A stretch of DNA of 64,000 nucleotides from an uncultured Acidobacteriota bacterium (GTDB taxonomy: Bacteria > Acidobacteriota > G020349885 > CAZDZC01), in NCBI GenBank assembly GCA_964509835.1, contig CAZDZC010000008.1, positions 2,136 through 66,135 of the forward strand, in the 5' to 3' direction. The notes beneath the pieces were generated by a model. The model ran no database searches, was not told the origin of the DNA, and was given only the letters and a program-made list of their open reading frames with translations. Numbering within the stretch: position 1 is the stretch's first letter; each line of letters starts with the position of its first letter. A program made the position numbers and the translations under genes. This document shows, piece after piece, positions 54,164-61,230 of this stretch.

Positions 54164-54557
54164 TGATATTTTCTATGTGGATATTGAAGATGTCCAGCCC
54201 AGCCAGCTTTATGTCTGCAAAGAAAAGCTTGACAAGGTTAGGGAAGCGGTCGCCTTTTCAAGGCCGTCCGAACTTAAAGCCCTGCCGGTAAAGATGATAT
54301 CCGGGTGCCTTGTCCTGACGGACGGGCATACCCGGGCACTGGCAGCCTGCCTCGCGGGGTTCAGAAGACTCAAGGTTAAATGGGATACTGACGAAGAGGA
54401 CTGGGAGGAATACGAAACCTGCGTCAGGTGGTGCAAAGAGGAAAATATCGTCCTGATCTCGGACCTGGCGCTTCGCGTGATCGGGGAGGATGAATACCGG
54501 AAACTGTGGCTGGACCGCTGCGCGGTGATGCACAGAAAACAAGCGCAGAAACTTTGA
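54156..54557 (+). CDS. Small ParB/sulfiredoxin-fold N-terminal-domain-like protein
   Basis: The ATG at 54156 lies inside track ORF 53973..54557 and overlaps the GNAT stop by 8 nt (ATGGATAA). The sequence is MDNDIFYVDIEDVQPSQLYV..LVLTDGHTRALAA. The I.P.Q and DGHHR-like motifs are characteristic of ParB N-domains. Confidence 0.55.
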   Translation: MDNDIFYVDIEDVQPSQLYVCKEKLDKVREAVAFSRPSELKALPVKMISGCLVLTDGHTRALAACLAGFRRLKVKWDTDEEDWEEYETCVRWCKEENIVLISDLALRVIGEDEYRKLWLDRCAVMHRKQAQKL

Positions 54558-54702
54558 CAAATTTTTTTTTTCGTATATAATAAGTCCGGTAAGTTATTCT
54601 CATGATAATATTTACAGGTCTTCGGAAATGACGGCTGAAACAAGAGCAAATACAGGAAAACAGAGCGATTCCTTCAGGTTCGCATTTTAAGGAGGTGCAA
54701 TC

Positions 54703-55137
54703 ATGCCGATAAAAAAAGGGAACATTGAGGAAAGAATTTCACTCACCGTAAACGAGGTCAGGTTGTGCGAAAAAATATCCGCGACGCGGAGAGGCCTTGA
54801 TTCAAAAAGGGCCAAAGCCCTGATTGCCGTCAGTAATGGCGCAACCAACGCGGAAGCTTCAAAGTCAAGCGGGCTGGCTCACGGTCAGGTGCGGTATCTG
54901 CTGACTATTTTCAGAGATAAGCGGGCCGGGATTTTCGGGGACGAGAATTCGCAGCGCGTAAGAAAAACCGTGAAGGTGAAACAGTTAAAAGAAAAAGCTC
55001 CCGAGCCTGAGAAGAAAAAGAAAAGAGACGGTAAGAAGAAAAAGAAAGATAAATCGGGCAAAAAGGAAAAAAAGGAAAAGAAAAACAGGAAAAAGTCCAA
55101 AAAGGGCAAGAAATCAAAAAAATCAGGGAAGAAATAA
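54703..55137 (+). CDS. HTH-like protein with an extreme poly-lysine C-terminal tail (histone-H1-like / nucleoid-associated candidate)
   Basis: 144 aa with a strong AAGGAGG RBS. The N-terminal ~90 aa contain an HTH-like stretch (ALIAVSNGATNAEASKSSGLAHGQVRYLL). The C-terminal ~45 aa are mostly Lys (KKKKRDGKKKKKDKSGKKEKKEKKNRKKSKKGKKSKKSGKK). Confidence 0.6.
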   Translation: MPIKKGNIEERISLTVNEVRLCEKISATRRGLDSKRAKALIAVSNGATNAEASKSSGLAHGQVRYLLTIFRDKRAGIFGDENSQRVRKTVKVKQLKEKAPEPEKKKKRDGKKKKKDKSGKKEKKEKKNRKKSKKGKKSKKSGKK

Positions 55138-55200
55138 CTTCCTATCTCGGACTTGACAGTTTATATGTTTCGCTTTTAGATTCAATTGGGATTATTTAGT

Positions 55201-55228
55201 TTTTTGGCAGTTGTTGTTATGCCAAAAA
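55201..55228. promoter_or_regulatory. Perfect 9-bp inverted repeat (TTTTTGGCA-N10-TGCCAAAAA) upstream of the toxin-antitoxin pair: candidate operator
   Basis: The arms are at 55201..55209 and 55220..55228. TTGACA at 55153..55158 lies upstream. Confidence 0.35.
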
Positions 55229-55284
55229 GCATAGAATGTATGTTTGGTGACATGCATAGGTTTTGGTTTTTACGGATCTGATTG

Positions 55285-55614
55285 ATGGGATGTAATGCTT
55301 TGGAATTTCTAGATTTAATCCGGAAAAGAGCGTCTGAAAGGATATTGTTCTTGCCTCATGCATTAAGCCAAATGCTCCGCCCTGACAGGATGATTCTTGC
55401 TTCCGATGTTCGATATGTTGTTGAAAATGGTGAGATTATTGAAGATTACCCGAATGATCCCAGGGGGCATAGCTGTCTTATGTTATGTAAAGATTTAACC
55501 GACAGACCGATTCATGTCGTGTGTTCACCGAAAGACGAGTTTCTTGCAATAATAACAGCCTATATTCCGGATAACGGACAGTGGTCTGATGACTACAGAA
55601 GGAGGATTGAGTAG
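55285..55614 (+). CDS. DUF4258-family toxin-like protein
   Basis: About 109 aa. ILFLPHALSQMLRPDRMI..VVENGEIIEDYPNDPRGHSCLMLC..RPIHVVCSP..LAIITAYIPD matches the DUF4258 pattern as I recall it. Confidence 0.7.
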   Translation: MGCNALEFLDLIRKRASERILFLPHALSQMLRPDRMILASDVRYVVENGEIIEDYPNDPRGHSCLMLCKDLTDRPIHVVCSPKDEFLAIITAYIPDNGQWSDDYRRRIE

Positions 55615-55826
55615 TGAAATGTATTTATTGTAAAGGCAATATGGTAAGGGGCAATGCGCCATTTCATATTGACCGTAAAGATGTGCATATCAGCCTTGAT
55701 AATGTTCCTGCATGGGTCTGCAGTCAATGTGGCGAAGTATATTTTGAGGAATCTGAAGTTGACACAATTCAGGACATTATAAAAGCCGTTGATGAACAAA
55801 CACATAAACTGGCTGACACAGCTTAG
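55614..55826 (+). CDS. YgiT-type zinc-finger protein (MqsA-N-terminal-like antitoxin)
   Basis: 70 aa. CIYCKG...VPAWVCSQCGEVYFEE is a CxxC...CxxC zinc ribbon. The GTG start overlaps the toxin stop by 1 nt. Confidence 0.7.
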   Translation: MKCIYCKGNMVRGNAPFHIDRKDVHISLDNVPAWVCSQCGEVYFEESEVDTIQDIIKAVDEQTHKLADTA

Positions 55827-55857
55827 AAATTAATTGGAAAACTAAGCTTCCCCCTGC

Positions 55858-57921
55858 TTATCCGTGCAGTTCCTTTAAATAGTTTTGGAACTCGTTCTGG
55901 CTCGCTGTTTTCTTCCGGGCTGAAACAGCACGGTAGCGGTTGTCCTGTTCCGCGTTATGGATTCGTGCCTTCTTGGCGTCGTCCCACTGGATCTGAAGGA
56001 AGTCCCGGATTTCTTTCTTCAGGCTTTCATCATACACCGGACAGGTGACCTCAACCCGGTGGTCAAGGTTCCTTGTCATCCAGTCGGCTGATGAGATGAA
56101 CATTTTTTCGTTTCCGCCGTTGCAGAATACAAAAATCCGTGTATGTTCCAGGTATTTGTCAACAATGCTTATCCCCTCGATGTTCTCGCTGAACCCTTTC
56201 ACTCCGGGGATAAGCGAACAGATCCCTCTGACAATAAGCTTTATTTTTACCCCTTTCATGCCCGCATCGTAAAGCTTTTTTATCATAACCCTGTCCACAA
56301 GGCTGTTCATCTTAAGAAAGATATACGCTTCCTTGCCCTTTGCCACCGCTTCCATTTCATTATTGATATACTTGATCATTTTCTTTCTCATGGTGAACGG
56401 CGAGACAATGAGATGCTTGTAAGTGTATGTTTTATAATTGGTTTCCAGGAATTCGAACACCCTGTCCACCTCCCTTGTGATCCTTTTGTCGGCCGTAAGA
56501 AGGATGACATCGCTGAAAACCCCCATTGTGTCCTCGTTGAAATTGCCCGTTCCGACCCCGGCGAAATAATCGGTTTTATCTTTTCCCTCTCTTTCAATAA
56601 GGATGATCTTCGAGTGCATCTTCAGACCCGGTATGCCGAAGACAAGTTTTATCCCCTCTCTCTGAAGGATATTGGACCAGCGGATATTCGCCTCCTCATC
56701 AAACCTCGCCCTCAGCTCGACAACGACCGTCACGCTCTTCCCGTTTCTTGCCGCATTTACCAGGGCATTAATGACCCGCGATTTTTTGGCCACCCTGTAT
56801 AGCGCAATCTTTATTGATTTTACCTTGGGGTCAATCGCGGCTTCCCTCAGCAGATCAATCAGATGGCTGTGAGGCTGATAAGGAAAATGAAGCAGGAGGT
56901 CTTTCGAGGCCATCACATCAAGAGTGCTGCCGTAAGGGTTCAAAAGCTTGTGCCTGACGGGCTCCACCTTCCGGTATTCAAGCGACTTCGAACCAATGTT
57001 CGGAAAAGACATGAAATCCTTGAAATTGTGATATCTCCCGCCATGAATTATATTGTCGCCCCTTGAAAGCTCAAGACTGTCAACGAGAAATTCAAGCAGG
57101 TCGTCCGGGATGGAAGCGTCCGAAACAAACCGGAGAGGTTCGCCCCGCTCCCTGTCCTTCACGCTTTTGGATATCTGCTCCAGAAAACTCTTGGAGACAT
57201 CATTGTCAATATCAAGCTCCGCGTCCCTGGTGAACTTCACGGCGTAGGCCTCCGCCTTCTCGTACCGGATAAAATGAAAAATATCGTGCAGGCAGAACCT
57301 GATTACATCATCAAGCAGGATCAGAAATTTCCGCGGTCCTCTCTTCGGAAGCTCAATGAACCTCGGCAGGACATCCGTCGGTATCTCTATAAGCGCGTAC
57401 TCACTGCCGTCCTTCTGTCTGAGATTGTAAAACTTGACCGCGAGATAAAGCGATTTATCGTTCAGAGACGGGAACTTCTTGTTCTTGCTCAGCATAAGCG
57501 GAACCAGGACGGGCCTCACATTTGACAGAAAGTAATTCTTGACAAAAATCCCCTGCTCCTCGCTGAGCTTATTCTCATCAACAAGAAACACATTCTTCTT
57601 TTCCAACTGCCGGATGATATCCTCATATATATGCTGGAACTCCTCCTGCTGTTTTGAGATTATCTTATAGATCTCCTTGAGAACCTTGGAAGGGCTTTTA
57701 CCGATAATTGCCTTGGCTTTTTTCCCGAGGTTCGCCATCCTTCTCAGCGTAGCGACCCTTACCTTGTAAAATTCATCCTGATTATTTGAGAAAATTCCGA
57801 GGAACCGCATCCTGTTGACGAGCGGAACGGACGGATCGGCGGCCTCCTGCAGAACCCTCGAGTTAAAGGCCAGCCAGCTTATTTCGCGGTTAACAAACAT
57901 CTCTTTCTTTGCCATTGTCAA
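55858..57921 (-). CDS. ppk: Polyphosphate kinase 1
   Basis: 687 aa. Motifs: FVNREISWLAFNSRVLQEA, FLGIFSNNQDEFYKVRV, and two PLD-like HKD-type modules (MHSKIILIE.., LEHTRIFVF). Confidence 0.95.
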   Translation of the reverse strand: MTMAKKEMFVNREISWLAFNSRVLQEAADPSVPLVNRMRFLGIFSNNQDEFYKVRVATLRRMANLGKKAKAIIGKSPSKVLKEIYKIISKQQEEFQHIYEDIIRQLEKKNVFLVDENKLSEEQGIFVKNYFLSNVRPVLVPLMLSKNKKFPSLNDKSLYLAVKFYNLRQKDGSEYALIEIPTDVLPRFIELPKRGPRKFLILLDDVIRFCLHDIFHFIRYEKAEAYAVKFTRDAELDIDNDVSKSFLEQISKSVKDRERGEPLRFVSDASIPDDLLEFLVDSLELSRGDNIIHGGRYHNFKDFMSFPNIGSKSLEYRKVEPVRHKLLNPYGSTLDVMASKDLLLHFPYQPHSHLIDLLREAAIDPKVKSIKIALYRVAKKSRVINALVNAARNGKSVTVVVELRARFDEEANIRWSNILQREGIKLVFGIPGLKMHSKIILIEREGKDKTDYFAGVGTGNFNEDTMGVFSDVILLTADKRITREVDRVFEFLETNYKTYTYKHLIVSPFTMRKKMIKYINNEMEAVAKGKEAYIFLKMNSLVDRVMIKKLYDAGMKGVKIKLIVRGICSLIPGVKGFSENIEGISIVDKYLEHTRIFVFCNGGNEKMFISSADWMTRNLDHRVEVTCPVYDESLKKEIRDFLQIQWDDAKKARIHNAEQDNRYRAVSARKKTASQNEFQNYLKELHG

Positions 57922-58160
57922 TCCTGATTAAAAGAAACAACAGCGTATTATATAACAACCCAAAACGCAAATGTGTGAGAAAATTGTCAGGAAATAAACC
58001 TTATTCAAGCTCCGCAATCCGGAGGAGGGAGGACCCGTGTCAGGGTGGGCGTTTATGCAGAAGGGCACGGCATCAACCCCCAAGGGGCGGGATGGTGACA
58101 AACGGCGGGAATTTGCATAAAAGGCTCACCTTATATATTCCAGACCCCGGTTAAAAATGA

Positions 58161-58191
58161 TTTTGCGCTATGAATTTTTGTGATATAATGC
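58161..58191 (+). promoter_or_regulatory. Extended -10 promoter (TGTGATATAATGC) 6 nt upstream of the ATG: probable leaderless transcript
   Basis: TATAAT lies at 58184..58189 and the ATG at 58196, with no SD sequence between them. The 13-mer TGTGATATAATGC (58179..58191) recurs at 59386..59398. Confidence 0.5.
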
Positions 58192-58195
58192 GACC

Positions 58196-58873
58196 ATGAA
58201 GAAAGAAATCGGAAATAACGAACTGCTGGAAGAAGTTAAACGCCACATGGGCGTTCTGGAGGAGAGCTTTGAGAGCAAGCTCAACGCCGTTATTGATGTT
58301 GTTCAGCATAACAGCGAAAAACTTGACCTGCATATAGAGAAAAGCGAAGAGCAGTTTGGCAAGCTTGAAAACCAGATCATGCTTGTGGATGTCAAGCTGT
58401 CAAAAAAAATAGATGCTGTTGATGACAAACTGAGTAAAAGAATAGATGCCGTTGATGACAAACTGAGTAAAAGAATAGATGCCGTTGATGAGAAACTGAG
58501 CAAGAGAATAGATGCTGTGGGTAACAGGGTTGGCTCTCTTGAAAAGAACTTCAATTCTTTGGACAAGAAAGTCGGCTCGCTGGATAAGAAAGTTGATTCG
58601 CTGGACAAGAAAGTCGGCTCGCTGGATAAGAAGGTTGATTCGCTGGACAAGAAAGTCGGCTCACTGGATAAGAAAGTTGATTCTCTGGACAAAAAAGTCG
58701 GCTCTTTGGATACAAAGGTTGGTTTTCTGGATAAGAAGGTTGACAGCAACCATAAAGAAGTGATGGCTGCCATAAAATTCTCGTATGCCGAACTTAATGA
58801 CCGTATTGTGGGGATGGAAAAGAAGATTATGGATCTTGACGAAAGGCTTCTAAGACTGGAGAACGCGGGATAA
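58196..58873 (+). CDS. Coiled-coil protein built from 11-residue and 7-residue tandem repeats
   Basis: 225 aa with no signal peptide. It contains about 3.3 copies of KRIDAVDDKLS, then 9 copies of LDKKV(G/D)S heptads. Confidence 0.7.
   Translation: MKKEIGNNELLEEVKRHMGVLEESFESKLNAVIDVVQHNSEKLDLHIEKSEEQFGKLENQIMLVDVKLSKKIDAVDDKLSKRIDAVDDKLSKRIDAVDEKLSKRIDAVGNRVGSLEKNFNSLDKKVGSLDKKVDSLDKKVGSLDKKVDSLDKKVGSLDKKVDSLDKKVGSLDTKVGFLDKKVDSNHKEVMAAIKFSYAELNDRIVGMEKKIMDLDERLLRLENAG
58407..58747 (+). repeat. In-gene tandem repeats: about 3.3 copies of 33 bp (58407..58515), then 9 copies of 21 bp (58559..58747, alternating as a 42-bp unit)
   Basis: Read directly from the sequence: AGAATAGATGCCGTTGATGACAAACTGAGTAAA units, then alternating CTGGATAAGAAAGTTGATTCG and CTGGACAAGAAAGTCGGCTCG units. 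Confidence 0.9.
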
Positions 58874-58926
58874 ATAATTGTTCACCGAAAGATCACATTG
58901 TGCCCCCGCTGCAAATCCGAATATAG

Positions 58927-58953
58927 AAGGTCCTCACTTGAGGGCCTTTTTTA
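58927..58953 (+). terminator. Rho-independent terminator after the coiled-coil gene
   Basis: AAGGTCCTC-ACTT-GAGGGCCTT (one G-U pair) followed by TTTT. Confidence 0.65.
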
Positions 58954-58978
58954 TTGGATATTGAAGGAAATATGTATT

Positions 58979-59326
58979 ATGGAAGATGTTGAAATTGTGG
59001 AATTGCAAAGAAGAGAAGGCTATACTGCAAGATCAATTACAGCAGGCAACTATAGTATGAGACTGGGCTCTCTTTTCAAGGATTCTCCACGCAAATCGGG
59101 AATTATCGGCAGTGATAAGCTGGGAGAAGATGGTTCATTAAGCGACTGTTTATGTATTATGGTCATTGAATCTAATCGAGATCCTCGCGACATTATTTCC
59201 AGCTGTAACTTCGACAAAGAATGTGAAAGACCAAATTCAGACTGCAGAGTCCTCCGGAAAAAAACAATCTGCCTTGACCTTTCAGCGGAGGAACTGGAAG
59301 CCAAGCTGAGAGAATGCGAGGAGTGA
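58979..59326 (+). CDS. Hypothetical protein
   Basis: The track ORF 58898..59326 spans the terminator, so I prefer the ATG at 58979 (MEDVEIVELQRREGY.., 115 aa). No family was recognised. Confidence 0.4.
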   Translation: MEDVEIVELQRREGYTARSITAGNYSMRLGSLFKDSPRKSGIIGSDKLGEDGSLSDCLCIMVIESNRDPRDIISSCNFDKECERPNSDCRVLRKKTICLDLSAEELEAKLRECEE

Positions 59327-59368
59327 AGTGGAGAACAATATGGGAGGAAAACCTAGATTTTCTTCAAC

Positions 59369-59398
59369 TTGTTCAATCTGTTGACTGTGATATAATGC
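59369..59398 (+). promoter_or_regulatory. Sigma70-type promoter with extended -10 (TTGTTC-16 nt-TGATATAAT) upstream of the ATPase gene
   Basis: TATAAT lies at 59391..59396. The 13-mer TGTGATATAATGC (59386..59398) is identical to 58179..58191. Confidence 0.5.
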
Positions 59399-59435
59399 AC
59401 ATTGTTGTGAGAATGATCTCCAAAATGAGCAGGAC

Positions 59436-60557
59436 ATGAAAAAAGCACTTGATACCATAACAATTGAAGGTTACAAATCTTTCAGGAACCTGAAGGATTT
59501 CAAGCTGAACGAACTTAATGTTCTCATCGGAGCAAATGGCGCCGGCAAATCCAACTTCATTGACTTCTTCGAACTTCTTTACCATATTGTTTCCGGTGAT
59601 CTTCAACTGACCGTCGGTAAGGCTGGTGGTGCGGATTCTTTGCTGTATAACGGAAGAAAGACCACTGATGAGTTACATTTGGAACTTTGGTTTGAAGGAA
59701 AAGTGCTGGAATCCAAGAATGGATATGATGCTACATTGAATGCTACTCAAGATGATAAATTAATTTTTGGTTCTGAAACTGTTTATTTCTGGGATAAAAA
59801 GAGATATCCCCAAGAACCTTATAAAAACTCTCTGGGGCATGGGCATAACGAATCTTGCTTAGACGATCCGAGGGAGCAGGCTGCATCGAGATCCACAATT
59901 TATGTCCTTGATGCGATCAAAAGTTGGCGTGTCTATCACTTTCATGACACAAGTGATACGGCAAAGGTCAAACAATTAGGGAAAATAGATGACAACAGGT
60001 TTCTCAGGCCTGATGCTTCCAATCTTGCAGCCTGTTTATATCTGATGAAGAAAAAGAAAAAGGACCATTACGACAACATAGTTGATACAATAAAGATGGT
60101 TGCTCCCTTCTTCGATGACTTTATTCTTGAGCCATCTCCCCTTAATGAAGGGAGGATAAAACTTGAGTGGAAAGAAAAGGGCTCGGACGCTTACTTTGAC
60201 GGTAACTCCTTCTCCGATGGAACTCTAAGGTTCATCTGCCTTGCAACCCTGCTTATGCAGCCTGAAGTTCCCACAACAATACTCCTCGATGAACCTGAAC
60301 TTGGACTGCACCCCTATGCAATAACCGTTCTGGCAACCCTTCTCCGGGCAGCATCGCAGAAAACACAGGTCATTGTTTCCACACAGTCGGTCACTCTTGT
60401 TAATCAGTTCACTCCAGAGGATCTGATAATTGTGGAAAGGGAGGACGGGCAATCTGTGCTGAAAAGATTTACAGATCAGGAAATAGCCAGTTGGCTGGAT
60501 GATTACGGAATGGGGGACTTATGGGAAAAGAACATTATAGGCGGCAGACCTAAATGA
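59436..60557 (+). CDS. ABC-type (AAA_15/AAA_21-like, OLD/AriA/AbiLi-like) ATPase
   Basis: 373 aa. Walker A is GANGAGKSN (aa 32-40, K38), followed by a long insert. The C-terminal ILLDEPELGLHP is a Walker B/D-loop, followed by VSTQS (H-loop-like). Confidence 0.8.
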   Translation: MKKALDTITIEGYKSFRNLKDFKLNELNVLIGANGAGKSNFIDFFELLYHIVSGDLQLTVGKAGGADSLLYNGRKTTDELHLELWFEGKVLESKNGYDATLNATQDDKLIFGSETVYFWDKKRYPQEPYKNSLGHGHNESCLDDPREQAASRSTIYVLDAIKSWRVYHFHDTSDTAKVKQLGKIDDNRFLRPDASNLAACLYLMKKKKKDHYDNIVDTIKMVAPFFDDFILEPSPLNEGRIKLEWKEKGSDAYFDGNSFSDGTLRFICLATLLMQPEVPTTILLDEPELGLHPYAITVLATLLRAASQKTQVIVSTQSVTLVNQFTPEDLIIVEREDGQSVLKRFTDQEIASWLDDYGMGDLWEKNIIGGRPK

Positions 60558-61210
60558 AAAGAGTGCTGATCCTTGTTGAAGGCCAGACAGAGGAAACAGC
60601 TGTTCGTGACATAATACAACCTTGCCTCCTTGAAAAAGACATCTGCATCATACCTACCATCCTGACCACAAAGCGCGTGAAAGATGGAAAGGATTTCAAG
60701 GGGGGAGTGTCAAGATATGAAAAGATCAGAAAGGAACTTAAACTTCTGCTGGCTGACACGGACGCTCAAGCCATTACAACATTCCTTGACTACTATGGGC
60801 TCCCCGGTGATTTCCCGGGGAAAAAAGATCTGAGATCATCAGACTGTTTTGAAAGAGTTACATTTCTGGAAAGAGCTTTTAGTGAAGACATAGAGGATAA
60901 GAGATTCCTTCCCTTTCTTGCACTTCATGAATTTGAAGCATACCTTTTCTGTTCACCAGGAGAAATGGCCAAAGCTTTTCCCGACCAGACCCTGAAGGAT
61001 CAGTTCAATAACATCTGCAACCAATTTGATTCACCTGAAGAGATCAACCAGGGGAAAGACACTCATCCTTCAGCAAGAATAACCGGACTGGTAGCTGGAT
61101 ACGAAAAAGCGCACCACGGCCCGTTGATTGTCGGCAGGATAGGATTGGATAACATCCGTGAACAGTGCAGGCATTTCAACGAATGGATCTGCAAACTGGA
61201 ATCAATATAG
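60554..61210 (+). CDS. DUF4276-family protein (predicted Toprim-like effector partner of the ATPase)
   Basis: 218 aa. The ATGA overlap with the ATPase stop suggests translational coupling. Motifs: N-terminal ILVEGQTEE, LHEFEAYLF, and HPSARI. The DUF4276 assignment is from memory. Confidence 0.65.
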   Translation: MKRVLILVEGQTEETAVRDIIQPCLLEKDICIIPTILTTKRVKDGKDFKGGVSRYEKIRKELKLLLADTDAQAITTFLDYYGLPGDFPGKKDLRSSDCFERVTFLERAFSEDIEDKRFLPFLALHEFEAYLFCSPGEMAKAFPDQTLKDQFNNICNQFDSPEEINQGKDTHPSARITGLVAGYEKAHHGPLIVGRIGLDNIREQCRHFNEWICKLESI

Positions 61211-61230
61211 AAACCGACTTGAGATTTTCA

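Noticed and set aside
54885-55117. Minus-strand 74- and 68-aa ORFs opposite the poly-Lys tail
   Set aside because: They are poly-Phe/Ser shadows of the AAG/AAA-rich coding strand.
57909-58154. 81-aa plus-strand ORF in the ppk1/coiled-coil divergent region
   Set aside because: The Arg/Gly/Pro-rich translation is produced by the GC-rich island. It has no RBS and overlaps the ppk1 start and promoter.
58303-58773. 156-aa minus-strand and 83-aa plus-strand ORFs across the coiled-coil repeats
   Set aside because: They are generated by the 21/33-bp tandem repeats, so all frames stay open. Only the 58196 frame has a promoter, a non-repetitive N- and C-terminus and a downstream terminator.
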